Source: an uncultured Syntrophomonadaceae bacterium (lineage in GTDB: Bacteria; Bacillota; Dethiobacteria; DTU022). From it: DNA of 64,000 bases. The stretch covers positions 18,712 to 82,711 of the forward strand of contig CAZBKZ010000006.1 in the NCBI GenBank assembly GCA_964492615.1. Direction: 5' to 3'. A program made the translations under genes and the position numbers. Shown here piece after piece: positions 30,893 to 39,300 of this stretch (within the stretch, counting starts at the first letter, position 1; every line of letters begins with the position of its first letter). The notes below the pieces were generated by a model, which had not been told where the DNA came from, made no database searches, and was given only the letters and a program-made list of their open reading frames with translations.

Positions 30893-31720
30893 TTAAGCTG
30901 TCCTGCGCTGCTTTATAAACAATACGAGCAGCACAACAATAATGAGAACAATGACACCCAACCCCAGGAAAATATAGTTATCATAATCAGTTGGGCTATC
31001 AACTGGTTGTTCTTCTGCCGCAACTTCATCAACCTCAGGCTGTTCAACCTCTTCAGTCATACCTTCATCATCATTGGCAGCAGAGATCAGCTGGTCAACA
31101 CTTTCATCTGCCTCGCTCTCTTCAACAGTAACATTACTGAAAGTAAAAATCTGATCATTATCTTCAGCTCTGGCTATAATCCGTGCTTCTCCACTCCTGT
31201 AAGCTGTAGCAAGGCCATTTTGATCAACTGTTATTACCCCATTATCACTGGACTGCCAAATTAAATCTGAGACAGTAGCATACTGAGGTTCGACCGTTGC
31301 CTCATACTGCACCTCTTCACCAGGGGCCAGGACAACTTCAAGAGGTTCCAGGAATATCTTGCTGATCGGCACAACAACTTCAACCCTGCAATAATTCTGG
31401 AACTGACCATCTTCAGTAGTTGCATAAATATTAGTTGTACCCGGACTCAAAGCCTCTATTACAACTGTCGACCCACTTCTTTCAATTATTTGGACCTTAT
31501 TTTTATCACCTGAATACCAGCTAACTTTTTTATTGCTTGCACTTGCAGGTATTACCCATGCAGATAATTCTTCAGTCGTAAAAATTTTCATGACTAGTTC
31601 TGTGGTTTCCATATATATGCCTGTAACTGGAACCTCATCTTCAGCATAAGCAACCGTGCCTATGACAATAATAACTATAATTATAAAAAACGATATTTTT
31701 ATTAGTCTTCCAGCATACAT
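30893..31720 (-). CDS. Bitopic membrane protein with two Ig-like (Big_2-type) domains and an acidic tract
   Basis: TM helices at both the N- and C-terminus. Two ~80-aa domains, VSWYSGDKNKVQII...TNIYATT and LIWQSSDNGVITVD...ARIIARA. Confidence 0.5.
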   Translation of the reverse strand: MYAGRLIKISFFIIIVIIVIGTVAYAEDEVPVTGIYMETTELVMKIFTTEELSAWVIPASASNKKVSWYSGDKNKVQIIERSGSTVVIEALSPGTTNIYATTEDGQFQNYCRVEVVVPISKIFLEPLEVVLAPGEEVQYEATVEPQYATVSDLIWQSSDNGVITVDQNGLATAYRSGEARIIARAEDNDQIFTFSNVTVEESEADESVDQLISAANDDEGMTEEVEQPEVDEVAAEEQPVDSPTDYDNYIFLGLGVIVLIIVVLLVLFIKQRRTA

Positions 31721-31737
31721 TTTCCACGCCTCATTTC

Positions 31738-33660
31738 TTACCGACCTATAAAGTTGTTATTCTCCCAAATCCCAATTCTTTTTGTCCCATCCGGGTAAGT
31801 CATTACTCCCTCACCATGCATCTGCCCATCCAGCCACTGTCCATCATATTTACGTTCTCCACGCTGCACAAGCCCGGCTGAGGTCTGCTCGACTTCATAA
31901 ATCAAGCTTCCTTCACCGTGAGGCAAACCGTTTTTTAACTGTCCGGTATAAGTTCCTCCCAGGTAAGCAATAGTACCGGTTTCAATCAATTCATCATTTA
32001 AGGACCCGGCAGAAGCTGAATGATTATCTTCTTCCCTAACTGCTTCCCCATGGCTACCAATTGATATAAGGGCAACCGGTTCTTTCTGGCCTTGGTTGTT
32101 AATCAGCATTACAGCAATAACCACAATAACCAACATTGCTGAAGCAATAGCCAGCAAAAGCTTATTACCACGCCGGCTTGTTTTAGATAATACTCCAACG
32201 TTACTGCTGACCGCACCGGCAGCACTATCTTCAGTTGAAAACAACATATTACCATTTTTTGCATAAAATTTGGTTCCATCAAAAAATATTTCAGTATGAC
32301 TGAATTTTAAATGAGAATTAGCAAGCAATCTCATATCACTCTCAACCCTGGTATCGTTCATAAAAGTACCGTGGGTACTGTTTAAATCAGCAACATACCA
32401 CTCACCTGAATAGTAATAAATGCGGGCATGATAACGGGATACGGTACTGTCGTTTAAAACAAGTACATTACCGGGATCCCTTCCAACTGTTATTTCATTG
32501 CCCGTATGGCTGACAGGACGCGGAATAAGCGATTCGACGTGGTACAAATTGTTCGGCTCGCAGTTTTCATGACTAAACCCGTTTTCTAATCCAGTGCTGC
32601 CAACAGTTTGCTGCGAATCTTCTGCAACTGTTCGGTCCTGGTATAAATCTCCCTGGCCGGTCGTTATGCGACCACCCTGCTCATTAAGAGCATCCCACAA
32701 TGCCTTTTGAAAGTCAGCTACAGCCTTGAAACGATTTTCTGCTTTTACAGCAAGGGCAGTCATTAAGGTCTCCTCTGCAGCGGGGCTGTATGAAAATCCT
32801 AAAGCAGTAGGCCTGACCAAGGGATCATCGCTTAAACGATCAAGTGAATCAGGGATCATTCTACCGGTAGTTATCCTGTAAAATGTAGCTGCAGCAGCAT
32901 AAATATCTGTCCAGGGGCCCTGCTTGCCCCTGCTCCGATACTGTTCTTCAGGAGCATAGCCAGGTTTTAATATGATTGACATGTTTTTTGCTTTTTCGCC
33001 CATTGCGTGGCGCGCAGCACCAAAGTCAAGCAGTATTACCCTGCCTTCAGTGGTAATGAATATATTATCCGGACTTACATCCCTGTGCAGTAAACCTTCT
33101 TCATGTATGGCATTCAGAGCATCAAGCACAGGCATCATCACTTGAACTGCTTCTTCGAATGAAAGCTGCTCCCCCCTCTGGGCGAGATAATCGTAAAGAT
33201 TAATACCTTCAAGGTAAGGCATAACCAGGTAGGCAGTATTATTGCTTTTAAAAAAATCCCTAACTGTAACTATATTGGGATGCCCCTCAAAGAGGGCAAG
33301 GGTTTTAGCTTCAGCAAGAAATTTTTCTAACCCATAATTATACTGTTCAGCCATCTCATAGGAATATAAAAATACCTCGCTGTTTTCAGCCATTCTACAG
33401 GCAAGCTCCCTGGGGAAAAACTCCTTCACAGCCAGCATACGATCCAAATAAATATCCCAGGCCAGGTAAGTAATTCCAAAACCGCCCTGGCCGAGAACTC
33501 TGCCCAGTAAATATTTTTCATTAATTACTGACCGAGGCGGTAGATGCATAGCTGATTCAGGCCGGGCACCCTCAACCCAACCACACAGAGGACATTCTGT
33601 TTTATTTCCCTTAATACCCATACAGCCCATACACAGATGATTCAAGTCCATCTTTAACAC
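31738..33660 (-). CDS. Ser/Thr protein kinase: N-terminal zinc ribbon, kinase domain, TM, FHA domain and C-terminal MORN repeats
   Basis: CMGCMGIKGNKTECPLCGW zinc ribbon, HRDVSPDNIF and DFGAAR kinase motifs, FHA ITVGRDPGNVLVLNDSTVSRYHARI...STHGTFMN, and MORN YDGQWLDGQMHGEGVMTYPDGT. Confidence 0.8.
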   Translation of the reverse strand: MLKMDLNHLCMGCMGIKGNKTECPLCGWVEGARPESAMHLPPRSVINEKYLLGRVLGQGGFGITYLAWDIYLDRMLAVKEFFPRELACRMAENSEVFLYSYEMAEQYNYGLEKFLAEAKTLALFEGHPNIVTVRDFFKSNNTAYLVMPYLEGINLYDYLAQRGEQLSFEEAVQVMMPVLDALNAIHEEGLLHRDVSPDNIFITTEGRVILLDFGAARHAMGEKAKNMSIILKPGYAPEEQYRSRGKQGPWTDIYAAAATFYRITTGRMIPDSLDRLSDDPLVRPTALGFSYSPAAEETLMTALAVKAENRFKAVADFQKALWDALNEQGGRITTGQGDLYQDRTVAEDSQQTVGSTGLENGFSHENCEPNNLYHVESLIPRPVSHTGNEITVGRDPGNVLVLNDSTVSRYHARIYYYSGEWYVADLNSTHGTFMNDTRVESDMRLLANSHLKFSHTEIFFDGTKFYAKNGNMLFSTEDSAAGAVSSNVGVLSKTSRRGNKLLLAIASAMLVIVVIAVMLINNQGQKEPVALISIGSHGEAVREEDNHSASAGSLNDELIETGTIAYLGGTYTGQLKNGLPHGEGSLIYEVEQTSAGLVQRGERKYDGQWLDGQMHGEGVMTYPDGTKRIGIWENNNFIGR

Positions 33661-33686
33661 CCTTTGGTTACTTTAGGGTTACAATA

Positions 33687-34238
33687 CTACTCTTTTTCTT
33701 CGTCCTTTTTCCATTCGAATTGTTCACCACAAAATGGTATAAACACAAGTTGTGACTGTCCGATTTCAATTACATCATAGGGTGAAAGAGTCACCGGAGT
33801 GATAACCTCTTCATCATTTAAATATACAAGCCCCCTGCCTTCCCCTGGATAAAGGCGGTAGGTTTTATTCTTGGGACTGAAACTAACAATGGCGTGATTA
33901 TCCCTTGATATGGAATCATCACCAGGAATACTGACATCCATTTTGTCTGATCTGCCAATAAAGTTTTTTTCTGCAGTAATGCGGTAATCTTTTCCTTTTT
34001 CAGGGCCTTGAACGGCTACCAGCCAGCCAACTACCGGATCAATACCAAGCTTCTTTTTAAAAACCCCAACCGTTTTACCATCATTGGAAGCACCGGGTTC
34101 CCCGCTGCCAGGTCTTTTAGCCATTGTTTTTTTAATCGATATATCCAGGTTTTGGACTCCACAAAAGGGGCAACTGCTGTGTTTGCTTGAATCATAATAG
34201 TGTCCCTTTTCGCATCTTGTTAAAGAATCCATCTCCAC
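33687..34238 (-). CDS. Zinc-ribbon plus FHA-domain protein
   Basis: RCEKGHYYDSSKHSSCPFCG zinc ribbon and FHA FIGRSD...SRDNHAIV...NDEEV. Confidence 0.7.
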   Translation of the reverse strand: MEMDSLTRCEKGHYYDSSKHSSCPFCGVQNLDISIKKTMAKRPGSGEPGASNDGKTVGVFKKKLGIDPVVGWLVAVQGPEKGKDYRITAEKNFIGRSDKMDVSIPGDDSISRDNHAIVSFSPKNKTYRLYPGEGRGLVYLNDEEVITPVTLSPYDVIEIGQSQLVFIPFCGEQFEWKKDEEKE

Positions 34239-34365
34239 ACTCCCTCACGTCTTGATCTTATTCGTATCCGTTTTGCCATCCCGGTGACAAAAGTCACCGG
34301 GATGATTTACCAAAACACATAAAAACCTTCTAACTGATTTTTTACAGCTTAAATAGCTTTGGCGT

Positions 34366-35880
34366 TTATTCTAAGGTAAGCTCAAATAGCTCTTTTGAAT
34401 CGGAAATATAGAAACGATCACCCGTATTCAAATAGTGGGTCTTACCTGTCTCCAGTCTTTGATTGGAAGGCAGAAAGGTGCCATTTGAAGATGAATCTTC
34501 AAGGCTGAACCTTTGAGCATTTTCATCATAAGAAATAGTAACATGTTTCCTGCTAACTTCTTCAAAAGACTGTGGATAAACAAGTTGAGCAAGCTTGGGG
34601 TCACGTCCTATAATCAGTTGCCCCTGGATTAGTTCAATTTTCTGCCCGGCAAAGTGACCTGAAATACCCTTCACACTGGCCCTGGGCCCAACTGGCTTCG
34701 CTTTTGTTACCGGGGCGGCTGCAGTTTTTACGCTGGCCTGGGTTACCGGAGAAGTTGATGCCCGTTGGGTAGGGGGAGCCTGCATGGGAGGTGACCCAAC
34801 TGAAGCCCTGGCAGGTGCCGGCTTATTGCCCCTGCTTAAAAGTATTATTAACACTATAACAATAATTAAAGCTGCTGCACCTATGGCAACATACATGATC
34901 GGAAAACCGCTTTCTTCAACCGGCGGGGTGGTTGTTTCTACTACCGGTTCGGGCTGTGGCTCGGGCTCAGTAATCGGTTCGGGTTCAGGTACCGGAGGTT
35001 CTTCAGCTGTTTGATCTACTACAGGGGCACCCGCTCCTGCTTCGATATAGGGGATTCCTCTTGAACGTAGAAAATCTGTCAAGACGTCTATCTGCACGGC
35101 GTAGTTAATTTCTGAAGGAATCACCGCATCGCCGGTTATTCTCACTATGCCACCCGAGGCTATACCGATAACAACTCCATCCCTGTTAACCAATGGTCCA
35201 CCAGAATTTCCACCACTGATCGCTGTATCAGTTTGAAAAACCGGGACTCCTTCCGAAGAAGTTATTCTGCTGACAATCCCTTTCGTAATAGTTGAATCCG
35301 AGTAATGCGCCGTATTCAAATCTGACAACACTTCAGCAATCCCGGGGTAACCAATAGCATAAACCTCTTCACCGCGCTGTACCATTCCGGTATGACCGAA
35401 CTCAAGCACTTCATAACCAAACAAGCGGTGCCTGGGGTCTATTTCAAGGACTGATATATCGGAGGTCATCAACGAATCGTATACCGCAATCGGAACATAG
35501 TCATCCCTGGCCCTGACAAGATACAGGCCTATTTCTTCAACATTTCTTACCCGGAAAGGGTTCGGCCAGTCAAGGGCGCGATTCCGGTTTATAACATGAA
35601 AATTTGTTACAACATATCGGAATTCCGCTGTATCATCAACACCAACTAAAAAACCGCTGCCCATGTGAACATAAAGATCGCTTTCATCGAAATCACCTGT
35701 GATGGGGTCCCTTAAGGCATCCCTCCAGGCCTCGGTATTCGGCAATTTCCAGGCTATCATCACTACACTCTTGGACGCTCTGTCTACTGCTTCCTGGGCA
35801 AAGGCGGGGCTGCAAACACTAATAATCATTAAGATTGCAATTGCTAAAAGTATTAACGAACGCGTTAAGGTTATTCTCAT
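34366..35880 (-). CDS. Trypsin-like serine protease fused through a TM helix and Pro-rich linker to a C-terminal FHA domain
   Basis: Signal peptide; S1 triad context TNFHVI...GNSGGPLV; TM helix IMYVAIGAAALIIVIVLIILL; PEPEP linker; and FHA LIIGRDPKLAQLVYP..VSRKHVTISYD...SNGTFL. Confidence 0.7.
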   Translation of the reverse strand: MRITLTRSLILLAIAILMIISVCSPAFAQEAVDRASKSVVMIAWKLPNTEAWRDALRDPITGDFDESDLYVHMGSGFLVGVDDTAEFRYVVTNFHVINRNRALDWPNPFRVRNVEEIGLYLVRARDDYVPIAVYDSLMTSDISVLEIDPRHRLFGYEVLEFGHTGMVQRGEEVYAIGYPGIAEVLSDLNTAHYSDSTITKGIVSRITSSEGVPVFQTDTAISGGNSGGPLVNRDGVVIGIASGGIVRITGDAVIPSEINYAVQIDVLTDFLRSRGIPYIEAGAGAPVVDQTAEEPPVPEPEPITEPEPQPEPVVETTTPPVEESGFPIMYVAIGAAALIIVIVLIILLSRGNKPAPARASVGSPPMQAPPTQRASTSPVTQASVKTAAAPVTKAKPVGPRASVKGISGHFAGQKIELIQGQLIIGRDPKLAQLVYPQSFEEVSRKHVTISYDENAQRFSLEDSSSNGTFLPSNQRLETGKTHYLNTGDRFYISDSKELFELTLE

Positions 35881-36039
35881 GAAACCATCCCTCCACTTTT
35901 TTATTAAACCGGATTGGTTTGCCGATAGAGCTGACCGAACAGTATAGCAAAAACTACTTTTAAATAGTACCCCCCCAGTATCAATATAATTAATCCGGCT
36001 ACAGGAATAAAAGCAAATGCACCGCCCCTTTTAATGTGA

Positions 36040-36987
36040 TCATCCCGACAATATTGACAGCACCACTACTGTCACGTTATCCTGATGTGGATTATTTTTA
36101 GTTAAAACCTCTTTAACCATCTCTTCAGCTACGTTATTAAAACTATTGCGAAGAACAGTAATAATTTCATTTTCAGTCAGTGTATTAGTCAGTCCATCAC
36201 TGCAGAGTAATATTTTGTCACCGTTCAGCAAATCAAGAGGCTCTTCCTCCTGACATATTTCTTTTAAATCGGCCAGACCCAAATAACTGGTCAGATAATC
36301 CCTCTCGGGATGCTCAAGCGCTTCCTGCGCTGTCAACCTGCCATTGGTAACATCATCTTCGAGATAATTGGCATATATATGATCCCTGGTTAACTGCTTT
36401 AAACTGTTATTCCGATAGAGATATATTCTGCTGTCGCCAGCGGATATCCAATGTAGGTGATTGCCGATAATAACTGCTGCAACTATAGTGGTGCCGAGAT
36501 CGTGTTCTTCAAATTGGCCATACGCCAAATCAAATACAGCAGTATTGGCTATTAGCATAGCACGCTTCATGGTCTGGGCTATTGTTTCTGAGACTTTTCT
36601 ATTTTCATATGTTTTCATAAATGCAGCCGAGGCAACAGTGCTAGCTTCCTCTCCGAGTTCAAGCCCACCCATACCGTCGGCAACGAGAGCGAGAATGCCG
36701 TTGTCCTCTACAAACTTGTCATTGCTGAAATCAGATATAGCAAAAGCATCTTCCTGGTTTTCCCTGGCGCCAACATGTTGAAAGTTAGATGGGATCACCT
36801 GGAGCGCACGACTAACCCGGGCTGCTACTGTTTTTTTCCTTTTTGTCGGTTTTGTTTCTTCTGATTGGGCGATATAAGTATCTTGCTTCTTTTTCTTCCC
36901 AAAAAACATATTTACTATCGCCACCTGACCATATGGTTTCCTCTTGTGCCTGATTCTTATATTAGCTTCTCTTCGCCCTGCATGCAT
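36040..36987 (-). CDS. PP2C-family Ser/Thr phosphatase (second copy)
   Basis: ALVADGMGGLELGEEAS and CSDGLTN motifs. The basic N-terminal extension may be over-called; an alternative start is MFFGKKKK near 36909. Confidence 0.75.
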   Translation of the reverse strand: MHAGRREANIRIRHKRKPYGQVAIVNMFFGKKKKQDTYIAQSEETKPTKRKKTVAARVSRALQVIPSNFQHVGARENQEDAFAISDFSNDKFVEDNGILALVADGMGGLELGEEASTVASAAFMKTYENRKVSETIAQTMKRAMLIANTAVFDLAYGQFEEHDLGTTIVAAVIIGNHLHWISAGDSRIYLYRNNSLKQLTRDHIYANYLEDDVTNGRLTAQEALEHPERDYLTSYLGLADLKEICQEEEPLDLLNGDKILLCSDGLTNTLTENEIITVLRNSFNNVAEEMVKEVLTKNNPHQDNVTVVVLSILSG

Positions 36988-37096
36988 CTGGCAATTGTTT
37001 TTATTATTTCTACATCATTTTATTAATTCCTTTTATTTACTCTTAAGAGGCAGAAAATATCGACTGGCTTATCATAACTTTTTTTGGGCCAAACTA

Positions 37097-37125
37097 TTGA
37101 CACTAACTGTAAAAACGTATATACT
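37097..37125 (+). promoter_or_regulatory. Consensus sigma-A promoter for glnA
   Basis: TTGACA at 37097-37102, exact 17-nt spacer, TATACT at 37120-37125. Confidence 0.55.
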
Positions 37126-37131
37126 TTTTTT

Positions 37132-37190
37132 GGGCAAAGGCGCCCGTCATTCAGTCATATGACTGCAGGCGGGCGTTTTTATTTTTATTT
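37132..37190 (+). promoter_or_regulatory. glnA leader attenuator: terminator hairpin with a competing upstream hexaloop hairpin (candidate ANTAR target)
   Basis: GGGC-AAAGGC-GCCC is a hexaloop hairpin with A at position 1 and G at position 4, overlapping the 5' arm of the CGCCCG...CGGGCG terminator stem. An inner palindrome CAGTCATATGACTG lies between them and TTTTTATTTTT follows. Confidence 0.5.
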
Positions 37191-37212
37191 AATACAAAAG
37201 GAGCTGTTGTTA

Positions 37213-38541
37213 ATGGGTAAAACAAAAGATGACGTTCTCGCCATGGCAAAAGAATCAGGAGTGAAGTTTATCCGCCTGCAGTTTACCGATCTTTCAGGGC
37301 AATTAAAGAATGTGGCGATAACCTCGGACCAACTGCCAAAAGCACTCGATAACGAGCTGATGTTTGACGGATCGTCAATTGAAGGGTTTGTAAGAATTGA
37401 AGAGTCAGACATGTATCTCAGGCCGGACTTTGATACCTTTACTGTCTTCCCCTGGAGCCCCAGTGAAAATGGTGTAGCCAGGCTAATGTGCGATGTTTAT
37501 ACGCCCGAGGGCGAGCCATTTGCCGGCTGCCCCCGCAGCCAGCTTAAAAAAATGATCGCTTTAGCCGCTGAAAAAGGCTATACGATGAACTGCGGTCCTG
37601 AAGCAGAGTTTTTTATGTTCCATACCGATGAAAGCGGCGCACCCACCTTGGAAACACACGATAAGGGAGGATATTTTGACCTTGCCCCGACCGACCGTGG
37701 CGAAAGCGCCCGCCGCGATATGGTCCTGGGCCTGGAGCAGATGGGACTGGAAATTGAAGCATCTCATCATGAAGTGGCCCCCGGACAGCATGAAATAGAT
37801 TTTAAATACGGCGATGCCCTGCATACAGCAGATGATCTTTCCACATTCCGCTTTGTAATCCGCACAATCGCCCAGAGACACGGTCTCTATGCTACATTTA
37901 TGCCGAAGCCGATCGCCATGATTAACGGTTCCGGTATGCACACCCATCTCTCACTTTTTAAAGATGGCAAGAACATTTTCAACGATCCCGGAGCTCCGGA
38001 CGAAATCAGCCAGGAAATGCTCTGGTTTATCGGCGGCCTGCTTAAACATGCCAAAGGTTTTACTGCCGTTACAAACCCGCTTGTTAACTCATATAAACGC
38101 CTGGTGCCCGGTTATGAAGCACCAGTTTATATCGCCTGGTCATACCGTAACCGCAGCCCGCTAATCAGGATACCTGCCCGCAGGGGCATCGGTACCAGGT
38201 GTGAGTTACGCAGCCCCGATCCTTCCTGCAACCCATACCTTTCTTTCGCCGTTATGCTCCGTGCCGGCCTTGACGGTATTGAAAACAAAATTGATCCGCC
38301 TGATCCGGTTAACCTGAATATCTATACCATGAGCGATGAAGAAAAAGAACAGCACAACATTGAAAGCTTACCGGGTACCCTATATGATGCAATAATAGAA
38401 CTCGATAAAGACAAGGTTATACAGGAAGCTCTTGGAAAACATATTTACGATCGCTTCCGCGAAGGCAGAATGAAGGAATGGCTTGATTACCGGATCCAGG
38501 TGCACGATTGGGAAGTTAAACAATATCTGGCAAGGTTCTAG
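37213..38541 (+). CDS. glnA: Glutamine synthetase type I
   Basis: MGKTKDDVLAMAKESGVKFIRLQFTDLSG. The true ATG at 37213 is preceded by AAAGGAG. The track ORF is extended upstream across the promoter and leader. Confidence 0.85.
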   Translation: MGKTKDDVLAMAKESGVKFIRLQFTDLSGQLKNVAITSDQLPKALDNELMFDGSSIEGFVRIEESDMYLRPDFDTFTVFPWSPSENGVARLMCDVYTPEGEPFAGCPRSQLKKMIALAAEKGYTMNCGPEAEFFMFHTDESGAPTLETHDKGGYFDLAPTDRGESARRDMVLGLEQMGLEIEASHHEVAPGQHEIDFKYGDALHTADDLSTFRFVIRTIAQRHGLYATFMPKPIAMINGSGMHTHLSLFKDGKNIFNDPGAPDEISQEMLWFIGGLLKHAKGFTAVTNPLVNSYKRLVPGYEAPVYIAWSYRNRSPLIRIPARRGIGTRCELRSPDPSCNPYLSFAVMLRAGLDGIENKIDPPDPVNLNIYTMSDEEKEQHNIESLPGTLYDAIIELDKDKVIQEALGKHIYDRFREGRMKEWLDYRIQVHDWEVKQYLARF

Positions 38542-38564
38542 CCAAATTCTTTAAAAGTAAAATG

Positions 38565-38602
38565 TCCGGGCAGCCCCTGCCGCTTAACAGGGGCTGCCCG
38601 GA
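38565..38602. repeat. 15-bp perfect inverted repeat (stable hairpin) between glnA and the ANTAR gene
   Basis: TCCGGGCAGCCCCTG-ccgcttaa-CAGGGGCTGCCCGGA, with no U-tract on the plus strand. Confidence 0.5.
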
Positions 38603-38667
38603 TCACTTATCCTGATTAAAAACTGGAAGAAAAATTCCGCTCCAACATCGTCTATACTTGCCATTGT

Positions 38668-39300
38668 TTGAAAATAACCATAGTATATAAAAAGAATCAA
38701 CGCTGCAAGGAGAACCGTATGCTAAATAATAACTGTGATTACTGCATCGGCACTAACAACGCGGCATTTAAACAGTTCATCTCAACCGTTCTTAATCAGG
38801 CCGGCTACTACTCGGCTGGTAACGCAAAAAACATACCCTCATTGCTACGCCTGTTACGTTCAGTACAGCCCTGGCTTGTCGTGGTTGACACTGAGCTGCC
38901 GCCAGGAAATATCAGCGAACTTGCCGACATCATTGAAAACGACGCCCTCGCTGCAGCTATCTATATTAACACCGGAACTACAAAAATCGATGGTTATGTT
39001 TCCCTTGATTACCCTGTAAAACAGCAGGTTCTAATTGCTGTTGCTAATGCTGTATGCAGCGAATATGCCCGCAAAAAAAGGATGCATTCAAAGATTGCAT
39101 CCCTTCAGCAAAAAATTGATGAACAGAAAATTATCGACAGGGCTAAACGCCTGTTGATCAAAAAATATTCACTTAGTGAAGAAGAGGCTTTTCGCCTTAT
39201 TCAGAAAAACAGTATGGACTGCCGCATCTCCATGGCCGAAACAGCCACCAGGGTAATCAGCAACCCCGGGACTTTTGCCTCTTTATTGCCGCCCCGATAA
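38668..39300 (+). CDS. ANTAR-domain RNA-binding antitermination regulator (NitR/GlnR-of-Clostridium type) with an N-terminal receiver-like domain
   Basis: C-terminal ANTAR consensus [43 protein letters not shown]. Confidence 0.7.
   Translation: MKITIVYKKNQRCKENRMLNNNCDYCIGTNNAAFKQFISTVLNQAGYYSAGNAKNIPSLLRLLRSVQPWLVVVDTELPPGNISELADIIENDALAAAIYINTGTTKIDGYVSLDYPVKQQVLIAVANAVCSEYARKKRMHSKIASLQQKIDEQKIIDRAKRLLIKKYSLSEEEAFRLIQKNSMDCRISMAETATRVISNPGTFASLLPPR

Noticed and set aside
37084-37212. N-terminal 43-aa extension of the glnA ORF
   Set aside because: The extension spans the sigma-A promoter and the leader terminator. The conserved GlnA N-terminus and the Shine-Dalgarno identify 37213 as the start.
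39257-39300. 44-bp convergent overlap of the ANTAR gene and pyrG as a sign of misannotation
   Set aside because: Both reading frames are well supported to their ends by family similarity. The overlap may be real, or the ANTAR gene may end slightly early. Not enough evidence to call an error.
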